55,299 bases of DNA from a virus (Duplodnaviria > Caudoviricetes): the IMG/VR virus record IMGVR_UViG_3300025138_010082, positions 1 through 55,299 of that record. The stretch is one strand, 5' to 3'. Position numbers and translations under genes: made by a program. Below the pieces are notes generated by a model. It was not told the origin of the DNA. It made no database searches and saw only the letters and a list, made by a program, of their open reading frames with translations. Positions 19,199 through 28,528 of this stretch are shown here, piece after piece (the stretch's first letter is position 1; each line of letters starts with the position of its first letter).

Positions 19199-19723
19199 TT
19201 ATGATGAAAAAACAACTCCATATAACTCAAGTAATTCAACTTTATATTCTTCACATATCCTTCTTACTCTATCTTTTAAATTAATAAATAATTCTACATC
19301 ATTTTGAATATTAGTATAAAGATCTTCAGCGTCAAGCATTATATGTTTAATTTTACCTGTATCAAATAATTTACTTAAATTAAGTACACCTTTTAATGTT
19401 TCTATTTTAGGTACAAAACTTACTCCTTCTGGTAACATTTCACATATTAAATTTACTTCAGCTATTTCTTCAATGTTTGAAGTAGCAAAATACTTAATAT
19501 TATTATATTTTCTAGTAAACGCTATTGCTTCGTCAAGATTTGATGATGGTAAAGGTGGTTTACTTCTTCCTTTGGGATAATCTAAAAATACATCATAGGG
19601 AACATTTACAAATTCTTCTAGTTGTTTTGAATCTTTTACATGAGCCATGTTAATTCTAATGACTACACCTTTTAGTTTTTTAAATTGATCTAATTGTGTT
19701 AAGTGGTTTGAAATTAAAAGCAT
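19199..19723 (-). CDS. Miniature pyruvate-kinase/HpcH-like barrel protein
   Basis: IRINMAH, FLDYPKGRSK and PKIET..GV.NL recall the PK barrel; only 174 aa. Confidence 0.55.
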   Translation of the reverse strand: MLLISNHLTQLDQFKKLKGVVIRINMAHVKDSKQLEEFVNVPYDVFLDYPKGRSKPPLPSSNLDEAIAFTRKYNNIKYFATSNIEEIAEVNLICEMLPEGVSFVPKIETLKGVLNLSKLFDTGKIKHIMLDAEDLYTNIQNDVELFINLKDRVRRICEEYKVELLELYGVVFSS

Positions 19724-19734
19724 AATTAATTGTT

Positions 19735-20160
19735 TTAAAAGTTAAATTTAATTTTATTTAAACATTGGTTTATTGTTAATTGAGTTGTGTCTATATCAAT
19801 AAAATCTTCAGTAGGGGGTTCATATTCATTGGTAAAGAAATTTTCTCTACCCCTAATTTTTGTTGTGTGGACATATATTTCAGTAACGTTATTTGTTTGT
19901 TTTAATGAGTTTCTTATATGTTTATAAGGAGCAACCACAGAAACTACGGGTGTAAAATCTTTATTATCTAAAAATCTACATAAATCTAAAACTGAGTTCA
20001 TGTTTTTTTCTCTACCTTTTATAGTATAATCATAATTTTGAAATATATCTCTAAGTTCGTCTCCATCAATATGGATACAATTATCACTACATTTTTTTAT
20101 CATTGCTTTGGCTAATGTAGTTTTACCTGCTCCCGGTTGTCCTGTAAACCAATATATCAT
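19735..20160 (-). CDS. cysC: Adenylyl-sulfate (APS) kinase-like protein
   Basis: WFTGQPGAGKTT, IDGDELR, VAPY, YEPP, IDT. Confidence 0.85.
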   Translation of the reverse strand: MIYWFTGQPGAGKTTLAKAMIKKCSDNCIHIDGDELRDIFQNYDYTIKGREKNMNSVLDLCRFLDNKDFTPVVSVVAPYKHIRNSLKQTNNVTEIYVHTTKIRGRENFFTNEYEPPTEDFIDIDTTQLTINQCLNKIKFNF

Positions 20161-20507
20161 TTTTGTTTGTTTCGTATTTTCGTTGCTGAGATTTTTTTAA
20201 TATCTTGTGGTGGGGTGTGTTCAATAATATCATATCCTACTGTTCTACCATAATTTACAGACTCAATAGGGGGTATTATAATAGTTTTTACTGTGCCTTG
20301 ATCTATTAAATCTTTTAATTGATTATCTATATTTTGTTTAACTTCTTCTGTGGGATATGGATTTTTTTCTGGTTCTAAATCATGAATATCCATAATTGCT
20401 ATACAAACCTTTTTCCCTATATCCAATCTCTGTTGTATTAGCCATTTATGGCCTTTATGAAAAGGTTGATATCTTCCCACAAATAATGAATATCTACTAT
20501 TATACAT
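20157..20507 (-). CDS. Minimal HxGH nucleotidyltransferase (candidate ATP sulfurylase)
   Basis: GRYQPFHKGH and ISATKIR; overlaps cysC start. Confidence 0.75.
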   Translation of the reverse strand: MYNSRYSLFVGRYQPFHKGHKWLIQQRLDIGKKVCIAIMDIHDLEPEKNPYPTEEVKQNIDNQLKDLIDQGTVKTIIIPPIESVNYGRTVGYDIIEHTPPQDIKKISATKIRNKQK

Positions 20508-20652
20508 TTTTTCTATTTTTATACTGGTAAACTAATATTGATAAACCAACTGCTACTAATATATCTGCAATTGGTGGTACTGAAGGCCACCCAAAATTCC
20601 AAATACTAACTAGTAAAAGCCATATAAACCATATTGTGTTAAATTGTTTCAT
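20500..20652 (-). CDS. Small two-TM membrane protein (50 aa)
   Basis: Manual translation MKQFNTIWFIWLLLVSIWNFGWPSVPPIADILVAVGLSILVYQYKNRKNV. Confidence 0.6.
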   Translation of the reverse strand: MKQFNTIWFIWLLLVSIWNFGWPSVPPIADILVAVGLSILVYQYKNRKNV

Positions 20653-20656
20653 ATTA

Positions 20657-22300
20657 TTATAATTTATTAGTTTTAGACACTAAAATATTATATTGGGGAA
20701 AATATAAATAATCAATATTAGTCCCAAGAAAACAATTAATAGCATGTTCTGGAGTTTCTACTATAGGTTCTCTATCATTAAAACTTGTATTTAATAAAAT
20801 AGGGACTCCTGTTTTTTTCTTCCATTTTTTAATGAAGTTATAATACCATTTATTACTTTTTTCTGTAACTGTTTGTAATCTACCAGTTCCATCTAAATGG
20901 ACTACTGCTGGGACTTTATCTTTTGCTTCTTCTTTAAAAGGTAATACAAAACTCATATAGGGACTTTCTATGTCTCTTACAAACCAATCTTTAACGTCTT
21001 CTTTTAAAATAGAGGGGGCAAAAGGTCTAAACCATTGTCTATGTTTAACTTTATCATTGATTAGATCTTTCATTTTAGGACTTCTTGGATCTGTAATGAT
21101 ACTCCTATTGCCTAATGCTCTTCTTCCTGATTCGGCCCCTTCATTAAATATAGATATTATATTTTGTTGATTTAATAAATCTAAAACTTGTTCATCTGTT
21201 GTTTTAGTATAGTTAATAGAGGGGTGTTTTAAGGCTTCTAAGACTTCTTCTTCATTATAGGATGTTCCTAAATAAGTAGGACTAACATCATCCCACTTTA
21301 CCCTAGGTTTATCAAGTATTTGGTGCCATACAAATTGGGCACTTCCTATTGAAAGACCACCATCATAAGGTACGGGACAAACATACATATTTTTAACCCC
21401 AAACCAATCATACATTTTACCCATCATTACAGAATTTAATACTACCCCGCCTGCAAAGCATATATTTTTGGGGTTATATTTATCTATAAAAGGTTTTATT
21501 ATTTTATAAGCTACCTTTTCAGTTGCTAGTTGAATAGATGCCGCTACATCAAATTTCTCTTTTTCACTTTTTTCTATTAAAGGTTTATATTTTTTAACAT
21601 TAGCATAAGTAGGGGCACTAGGTCCACCTCCCCCCTTTAAAAAGGCATCATAAAAGTCTTCCCAATATTTAGGGATTCCCGCAGAGGCCATAGCCATTAC
21701 TGTTCCCCCCGCAAAACCATGGGGATGACCATCTGATAGGCCAAATAAATCCCTAGTGTAAACCCTCCAAGGTGAACCCAAGGTTAATTCACCCATTGGG
21801 ATTCTTTTTATTGGTTTTATTTTATTTCCTTTACCTTCCCAAAAAGTAAATGCTGTTGAAAATGTATTTGAATTGTCTGGTTCATTAGTTATATCGTTAG
21901 GATCTGTTTTTTCAGTGCCACTACCATCTATAGTTATAATTAAAGCTTCATCATAATTACTAGAAAAGAAAGCATTAGCTGCATGAGCTTGGTGATGTCC
22001 TATAACAAAATACTCTCCACCATTTTCTTTTAAAATTGATTTCATTATGTCCTCAGCTTCTTTTTTTCCGCATTGGGGTTGATATTTCCCCCCTCTACCC
22101 CCTGGATTTCCGTGAGTAAAATACTTAATATTATTTAAGTCGGGTAATCTTTGCAAAGCCATTTCTAATCCATCTCCTAAGGGTTCTTTTTCCCTAATAA
22201 ATCTTTCTAATTCTTCATGTATAATAGGTATACCATTTTCTAATAAACAATAACTTACATCATGGCCTGATTGAAATCCTAAAATCTTGTCTGTTTTCAT
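20657..22300 (-). CDS. O-carbamoyltransferase (NodU/CmcH/TobZ family)
   Basis: HD, ERF.REK, HHQAHA, AGGVVLN, E.GRRALGNRS, VKHRQWFRPFAP, LLNTSFN. Confidence 0.95.
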   Translation of the reverse strand: MKTDKILGFQSGHDVSYCLLENGIPIIHEELERFIREKEPLGDGLEMALQRLPDLNNIKYFTHGNPGGRGGKYQPQCGKKEAEDIMKSILKENGGEYFVIGHHQAHAANAFFSSNYDEALIITIDGSGTEKTDPNDITNEPDNSNTFSTAFTFWEGKGNKIKPIKRIPMGELTLGSPWRVYTRDLFGLSDGHPHGFAGGTVMAMASAGIPKYWEDFYDAFLKGGGGPSAPTYANVKKYKPLIEKSEKEKFDVAASIQLATEKVAYKIIKPFIDKYNPKNICFAGGVVLNSVMMGKMYDWFGVKNMYVCPVPYDGGLSIGSAQFVWHQILDKPRVKWDDVSPTYLGTSYNEEEVLEALKHPSINYTKTTDEQVLDLLNQQNIISIFNEGAESGRRALGNRSIITDPRSPKMKDLINDKVKHRQWFRPFAPSILKEDVKDWFVRDIESPYMSFVLPFKEEAKDKVPAVVHLDGTGRLQTVTEKSNKWYYNFIKKWKKKTGVPILLNTSFNDREPIVETPEHAINCFLGTNIDYLYFPQYNILVSKTNKL

Positions 22301-22710
22301 TTTATAAAAGTTTTATCTAATTTTTGCCCCTCATAAGGACCAGTTTTATATTCATATACAATTGTATCTTCTTCTAATATTTCATACGTGTGTCCACCAT
22401 ATAATGTATAGCTTGCATCTCCTACTTCTAGTATAGGGGTTGCTATAATGTTATCATCTATATCATAAAATATACATTTAACTTTTCCTTTAATCACTAC
22501 CCAAGATTCTTGGGCTATTTGTTCAGGATAATGTCTATCTTTTGTAATATGTTTATGGGGAGGGAATGTCTTACCTTTTTCCATTTTTAAAGTAGCACAT
22601 TGTATAAAATTATCTTCAGGTATAACTTCCGTTCTGCTTTCTATTTCTGATAATCTATTTATAACATGTAATAACTTATTTGGTTTTATTTTTGAGTATA
22701 TTTTTTCCAT
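22297..22710 (-). CDS. Cupin-fold protein (WbuC-like)
   Basis: PHKH, QESW, GGHT, EYKTGPY. Confidence 0.75.
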   Translation of the reverse strand: MEKIYSKIKPNKLLHVINRLSEIESRTEVIPEDNFIQCATLKMEKGKTFPPHKHITKDRHYPEQIAQESWVVIKGKVKCIFYDIDDNIIATPILEVGDASYTLYGGHTYEILEEDTIVYEYKTGPYEGQKLDKTFIK

Positions 22711-23600
22711 CTATTTAAAAAGTTTTGTTCGTTATATTTTATATAATTGTCTTTTGCTATTTGGGAACATTCGGTATAAAAATTTGCATCTGTTTTCAAC
22801 ATTGTAAGTTTTTCTTTTGCAGTAGCCAAATCCCCTAACTTAACTGTTAAATCTGGATGGCATTTTTCTTGTGTGTCTAATCCCTCATAACCAATACAAG
22901 GAATGCCTAAATAAGCGCAATTTAAAGCGAATGTACCCGCAGCGTGTGTACGCATCATATGAACACCATACTTAAATTTATTAAGCGTTTTAATCCATTC
23001 TACCCAACTCATGTAAGATAAATGGTTTAAGTTAGGCATTTGTTCTTCACCTTCAATTTTTCTACCCATACTGGGAATATAAATAGGACAATCTGCTTCT
23101 TGTGCTGTTATATATGAATCAAAGCCACCATACCAGCTACAAAAATTACCTCCAATCATTATATTATTTCTTTCTACCCGGGGTAAATCTTTAATAGAAT
23201 CTTCAATTATTAAGCTAGGTAAAATTTTACATTCTTTACCTGTCAAACCTTCATAATATCTTTTATCTGACTCATTGTGTACAAACATAAAATCAGCTTC
23301 TTGTATAGTATTAAAATACCATATTTGTTGATTTAGGGGATAATCCTGCCAAAACCAATTAGGGCCCTCTTGCATTACAGCTGTTTTATTACAATATTGT
23401 TTTATTTTATTTAAATTAAATTGTGGGTTTTTCTTTGGTATAATAACAATTCCTAAATCATATTGTTGGTTGGGTGGTTGGTTTATATTCCAATGGTCTG
23501 CTTCTAGTGAACATACCCATGCTAAATCTGTTCGCATATTAGGGTTATCTCTAGATACTTTGCCTTGGTAATTTCCCTCTGTAAAAAATGCTATTTTCAT
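22686..23600 (-). CDS. Putative GT-B glycosyltransferase
   Basis: MKIAFF start; GTFALNCAYLGIPCIG resembles the GT4 nucleotide-binding region. Confidence 0.55.
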   Translation of the reverse strand: MKIAFFTEGNYQGKVSRDNPNMRTDLAWVCSLEADHWNINQPPNQQYDLGIVIIPKKNPQFNLNKIKQYCNKTAVMQEGPNWFWQDYPLNQQIWYFNTIQEADFMFVHNESDKRYYEGLTGKECKILPSLIIEDSIKDLPRVERNNIMIGGNFCSWYGGFDSYITAQEADCPIYIPSMGRKIEGEEQMPNLNHLSYMSWVEWIKTLNKFKYGVHMMRTHAAGTFALNCAYLGIPCIGYEGLDTQEKCHPDLTVKLGDLATAKEKLTMLKTDANFYTECSQIAKDNYIKYNEQNFLNRWKKYTQK

Positions 23601-24361
23601 TTATATAATTCTTTATATGTTCTTTCCATCCAATAATCTACATGTCTATTATTGGGGGGTATAGCATTAAAATGATAGATCCACCCTGCTTCTAAAAACC
23701 TTAATTCATCGGGGAACCAAGAATGTCCAGGAATATGTAGAAGATTTTTTCGAAATAAATCTTGAAGATTATAAGCCTCAGGCATATATATTGTATTAAC
23801 AGAATTTTGTTGAGTCAAATAATTTATAATAGTTTGGTCGGTTCCTGCCTTTATTTGTTCATTTAATTGGTTTATTTTGATTATATTAGCAGTATAATAT
23901 TCTTGAACTTTAGTGTAAAAGGGAATGTGTTTTTTACTTGTTATTTGAAAACCACCATTAAAATATTTCCATGGTTTAACTTGAGGTTCATTAGGAAATA
24001 AATTGTCTCCCCATTGTTTAATACTTCTAGTTGTCCACTCATAACACCCATTATTAACTACTACTCCAAATTTACCTTCTGTTTCATTAAAAAAATTAGG
24101 ACAATCTGGGTGTATAATAGTGTCAGCATCAACTATTAATACTTGTTCATATTCTACTTCATTATGTTTTAATATGTCATGAACCCAATAACGTTGTAAT
24201 GTTATTTTAAATTCATTGGGATCCATAATAGGTTCATCCCATTCTATAACTTTTACATCATCATATTGTTCTGACCATTTTTGCCAACTTTTAACAGAAT
24301 AATGGTAAGGGGTATTTCTGTCGTTTCCTGTGTTTATGTTTGGTATAAAAATTATATTCAT
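23597..24361 (-). CDS. GT-A glycosyltransferase (GT8/GT34-like)
   Basis: VDAD, YFNGG, DQTIINY, IYHF. Confidence 0.78.
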   Translation of the reverse strand: MNIIFIPNINTGNDRNTPYHYSVKSWQKWSEQYDDVKVIEWDEPIMDPNEFKITLQRYWVHDILKHNEVEYEQVLIVDADTIIHPDCPNFFNETEGKFGVVVNNGCYEWTTRSIKQWGDNLFPNEPQVKPWKYFNGGFQITSKKHIPFYTKVQEYYTANIIKINQLNEQIKAGTDQTIINYLTQQNSVNTIYMPEAYNLQDLFRKNLLHIPGHSWFPDELRFLEAGWIYHFNAIPPNNRHVDYWMERTYKELYK

Positions 24362-26502
24362 ATTCTATTAATTAATTCTAAAAGATTTGTAGGTTTAATT
24401 TGTGCATTATGTTTGGGTAATAAATCTAATTCATCTAAACCATAAACACTTTCTAAATCAATTAAACTGTATTCTCCATTAGGTAATTTAATTATATTTT
24501 GAGGTACTATATCATAATATATTTTATTCCATTTTTTACAGTTTCTTAATATTGTAGTTAAAAAATCTTGGGGGATACTTTGTGGGTGAGATCCTTCTTT
24601 ACAAATATATCCTACTAAATTTTTTCCATCATAAATTAAATCAGTTAGTGCTGGACATAAACCCACTAAAAATCCCGAATTTAAGGCTTCCTTAAAATTA
24701 CTCAATCTACAATATTTTGGATTAAATATTTTTATATAACTTTTGTGTTTTTCATCGTAAAAAACATTTCTTCCGTGGTTAATACCATCTACTATTCTAT
24801 CATATTTATTTATAATAGTTTTTAAATTATTAGTGCTTAAATCCTGTAGTTGTACTTTATTAACATAATTTACTCCCCATTTATAAAAATTAAAATTAAA
24901 AGGGTATCCTTTATGATTATTATTAAAAAATAATTCTATTGCTTTCCAATCTGATATATCTCTTTCGGTTGATCTGTTTTTTCGTGCAAAATAAAATCTA
25001 GGTTCTAAAAAATTATAACCATCAATTTTAATACAATAGTTTTTTAAAATATCATCATCTCCTTTAGCTCCAAAATAATTAAATTTTCCCCTATTAGCAT
25101 CAAATACATCTACACCTGGGGGGAATTGTATATTTTTATCTCTTAGTTTACTAGAAATAATGATATCTAAATCATCATTATCTCTGATACCCATTATACT
25201 TAAAATAGAACTTTGAGTTAAACAATAATCATCTCTATTTATTCCTATTTTATCCATTTTTTCTAATAATTTAATTTTATTAGTTAATGGTTTAATTCTA
25301 TGCTTACCATCACGTTTTCTAGGTTCAGAATATATTTGTGATGTTTTCATATAAAATGGTATATATGGCTTACCGCTAATCAGTCTACCAATCATAGCAC
25401 ACGCTCTATGGTAATTATGTCTAATATACCCATTATCAAATTCAACAGGATTATCTTTTAAGAATTTTTCTATATCAGAATCTGTCATAGGTTTAAGATC
25501 ATTATAATAATGTTCAGTCATATTTTCCCAACCTAAATCATGATGATCCCCCACATTATGTCTAAATTCAGCCATCATACAGTTATAATATTGCCAATTT
25601 TCTGGCTTTAATTGATTTTTAACATATTCTAAATTAGAAGGAGAGGAGAAATAATTAATTATATCCTTTATTGTTTTTAGGGAACCATCTTGTTTTATTA
25701 TTTCTTTACCACCACCACCTTCAGCTAATTCCATATTTAAAAAATATTCTAAATTAATTGGTTGGTATTTAGGAGTTTTTAATTTTTTACTTTGTTGTTG
25801 TCTCCATTTTTTCATTAATTTAAACCAAGGATTATTATCTATATCATATTCAATGTGTGTAAATTCAAAATTATTTTTCCACGCAGTATAATTAAAACTT
25901 AATTGATCTCTTTTACTACCATATTTTACCTCATTCCACCAATCTTCCATTGTTTTTATAACATCCGGTTCGTTATGTTTTCTTATAAGAATAGTATTTC
26001 GAGTTAATCCATTTTTAGAAGGATATCCATCTAGTTTATACCTTTTTATTTGATCATTTATTATATTTAAATTATCTTTATAATGTTTTTGAGGATGATT
26101 ATCCCCTAACCACTTAATAAAAGCTGCTTCATCGTAAACACAATTTCTTCTATTTAAATTTCCTGTAGATATACCACATAACTCATGGTTGAATGCTGCA
26201 TAGTTACTGGCTTTTAAATGATCATATATTAATGTAGTTATATCTGAGGTAATTTTTATATCTCCATCTATCCATATACTAACATCATAGTCTTTTAAGT
26301 ATCTATGAGGTAGTATTTTAGGTTTTTTAGAATCTCTAACCCCATCATATATTTTTGTAGTTAATTTAATATCCCACACATCTGATTTATAGGAGGGATT
26401 GTCTGTAAAACAAATAAAATCAAACCCTTCTAATTTTACTTCAGGATCATGTAAAAAATAATTATCTCCAAATACTGAAGTATATATAACTTTTTTATTC
26501 AT
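24358..26502 (-). CDS. Multidomain protein: DUF616-like GT, nucleotidyltransferase-like and kinase-like domains
   Basis: N-terminal VIYT/FICFTD/KILPH/WIDG/RDQLSF; middle SSIL..MGIRDNDDLD; C-terminal YDIVPQN...LIDLE. Confidence 0.7.
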   Translation of the reverse strand: MNKKVIYTSVFGDNYFLHDPEVKLEGFDFICFTDNPSYKSDVWDIKLTTKIYDGVRDSKKPKILPHRYLKDYDVSIWIDGDIKITSDITTLIYDHLKASNYAAFNHELCGISTGNLNRRNCVYDEAAFIKWLGDNHPQKHYKDNLNIINDQIKRYKLDGYPSKNGLTRNTILIRKHNEPDVIKTMEDWWNEVKYGSKRDQLSFNYTAWKNNFEFTHIEYDIDNNPWFKLMKKWRQQQSKKLKTPKYQPINLEYFLNMELAEGGGGKEIIKQDGSLKTIKDIINYFSSPSNLEYVKNQLKPENWQYYNCMMAEFRHNVGDHHDLGWENMTEHYYNDLKPMTDSDIEKFLKDNPVEFDNGYIRHNYHRACAMIGRLISGKPYIPFYMKTSQIYSEPRKRDGKHRIKPLTNKIKLLEKMDKIGINRDDYCLTQSSILSIMGIRDNDDLDIIISSKLRDKNIQFPPGVDVFDANRGKFNYFGAKGDDDILKNYCIKIDGYNFLEPRFYFARKNRSTERDISDWKAIELFFNNNHKGYPFNFNFYKWGVNYVNKVQLQDLSTNNLKTIINKYDRIVDGINHGRNVFYDEKHKSYIKIFNPKYCRLSNFKEALNSGFLVGLCPALTDLIYDGKNLVGYICKEGSHPQSIPQDFLTTILRNCKKWNKIYYDIVPQNIIKLPNGEYSLIDLESVYGLDELDLLPKHNAQIKPTNLLELINRI

Positions 26503-27394
26503 AGCTATTTAATTTATTATTTATATAATTAACATTTCTTATAAAGTTATGTTTGTGGGGGAATTGTCTTTGTAATACATGTGAAATTGAATATCTAGCT
26601 ATCATATCACTTACACCACATTGGTTACTTATGTTAATTTTAGCTTTAGATTTAATGTACAATTGAATTCTAATTGAAATGTGTCTTAAGTCTAAAGCTT
26701 TATTAATAAAACTAAAATTTGTTTTGTTTATTGGTTTTGGGGTAAAGTAAAAATAAGGTAGTGGGTTTTCTTTTAATAAATCACATATTAACTTATCTTG
26801 AGTAAAATCATATCTATTTGATATTAATAGTGAGCCAAATTCATTATCTCCTACATGTTCTTTAATAATTATGTTACCTAATTCTTCTTCTTCTTTAGAA
26901 AAATATAAATCAGGTTGAGAATCTTGATATTCATTTTTTTCAAATTGCCAGAATTTTAATATTTGTTCTACTAAGGGTACAGCTAAGTTGTTATCATCAT
27001 ATATTCTATAATGGTCATGAAATATTTCTCCTTCTATTTTATCTTTGTATCCATTTATGTAAGGGTTATTATTAAACACACTTAAACATGTTTCAAAGGG
27101 GGAATCCCAACTTTGTGGGGCATTAGATCCCCTTTGTATATTACCAAATAATTCTTCTAAAAGATTAACTGAAGGTAAATATATTTTACAATTAGGGTAT
27201 TTTTGTTTAAGTAAACGGGGCATTGCTGTTAAAATACCCCAATCACCTATACCAAAGCAGGTTCTCATTATTACAAATTCTTGTTGCTCTAAATATTCGT
27301 CGGGGATTCTTAACCCTTCAGATTCTTCAAAACCTAATTTATTTGTTTCATTTACTGCGTAAACTTTATTATCTACTATTCTCCAAAAAATCAT
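26495..27394 (-). CDS. GT9 (heptosyltransferase)-like protein
   Basis: GIGD...TAMPRLLKQKYPNCKI, NNPYI. Confidence 0.6.
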   Translation of the reverse strand: MIFWRIVDNKVYAVNETNKLGFEESEGLRIPDEYLEQQEFVIMRTCFGIGDWGILTAMPRLLKQKYPNCKIYLPSVNLLEELFGNIQRGSNAPQSWDSPFETCLSVFNNNPYINGYKDKIEGEIFHDHYRIYDDNNLAVPLVEQILKFWQFEKNEYQDSQPDLYFSKEEEELGNIIIKEHVGDNEFGSLLISNRYDFTQDKLICDLLKENPLPYFYFTPKPINKTNFSFINKALDLRHISIRIQLYIKSKAKINISNQCGVSDMIARYSISHVLQRQFPHKHNFIRNVNYINNKLNSYE

Positions 27395-28044
27395 AAAGTG
27401 TCATAAAAATTATTTTGTGTTTCTTGTCTTCCTATTGTTTTAGGATGATATAAACACCATTCTTCTTCCATTGGTAATGCCCCTTTTGTAGATATCCCAA
27501 CTATTTGCTCATGAACTTTATTTTGCCATTTAATTTTGGGTCCATTTTGTATAATTCTTGTTTGATAATCTGGCCAATTAACCCAACCCTTTTCATTTAC
27601 ATTCCAACGCCATTGGTTAATGTGTTTTTGTGTTAAACCTTCTACAGTGTTAACTCTGGGAACTAAAAACATTTCTGTTGTAGGGTTGACTTCTAACAGT
27701 GATTTTAAGTTTACAATTAAAGATTCGTGTGGTAATTCGTCTGCATCAATTTGAAATATCCAATCACCTGTGCAGTGTTCTTTTAAATTGTTTTTAAAAT
27801 TTGAAAAATGACCTTTTAATGGAAATTCTACAACTTTTAAGGGATCTTTTAACCCTACAGGTGCTTTAAATGTGTCAAGTACCCTATGTACTTCAGATGT
27901 AGTATTTCCTTGATCACACTGAACAACTATTTCGTCATCTTCATCTATATGTGTTGTTAAAAATAATAATAGTTTTTCTAGTTCAACGTGTTCATTACAA
28001 ACAGGAATTGCATAACTAATCTTCACTTGTAACTGGTTTAGCAA
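27391..28044 (-). CDS. Glycosyltransferase family 2
   Basis: ISYAIPVCNE, WIFQIDADE, PDYQTR, VHE. Confidence 0.88.
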   Translation of the reverse strand: MLNQLQVKISYAIPVCNEHVELEKLLLFLTTHIDEDDEIVVQCDQGNTTSEVHRVLDTFKAPVGLKDPLKVVEFPLKGHFSNFKNNLKEHCTGDWIFQIDADELPHESLIVNLKSLLEVNPTTEMFLVPRVNTVEGLTQKHINQWRWNVNEKGWVNWPDYQTRIIQNGPKIKWQNKVHEQIVGISTKGALPMEEEWCLYHPKTIGRQETQNNFYDTL

Positions 28045-28528
28045 ACATACCTAATTCTTCAGCGGCATCCATAAAACATAATTTGTCATAACGTTTTAAA
28101 TTTTTCATATCCATTCTAAATTTATAATTAGTTCCTTGATTACGTGGATCAGGATATTTATCTTGTTCTTCTTCAGGTATGGGAACAGCTTTAACTACTG
28201 TCCACCCCCAATCATCTGTTCCTTTAATAGGTTCTGGAAAAACCATACCTTGTTCTGGCATTGTAATTGCTGTGGGGAACCATGCTAATACCTCTCCACC
28301 TCCTGGAGGTTCATGATCTTGTCTTAAATCTTTAATTAAATCTGCTGTAAGTTCTAGGGTTTGTTTTAATCCTTCACTGTCTAAAGTCATTGTAGTATTT
28401 GAAGTGTAACCACTAGTCATACAAAGCCATGTTTTTATTGGTCCCTCTGCCGTTTGAAATTCTGATTCATAACATGCGTCACTATCACAAATAGGGCTGT
28501 TTACTAATTTATCTTGTGTCATTTCCAT
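28016..28528 (-). CDS. Hypothetical protein
   Basis: ORF track. Confidence 0.6.
   Translation of the reverse strand: MEMTQDKLVNSPICDSDACYESEFQTAEGPIKTWLCMTSGYTSNTTMTLDSEGLKQTLELTADLIKDLRQDHEPPGGGEVLAWFPTAITMPEQGMVFPEPIKGTDDWGWTVVKAVPIPEEEQDKYPDPRNQGTNYKFRMDMKNLKRYDKLCFMDAAEELGMFAKPVTSED

Noticed and set aside
21600-23700. Short G/C homopolymers as phase-variation tracts
   Set aside because: Runs are only about six to seven nt, encode Gly/Pro in frame, and no frameshifted gene is seen.
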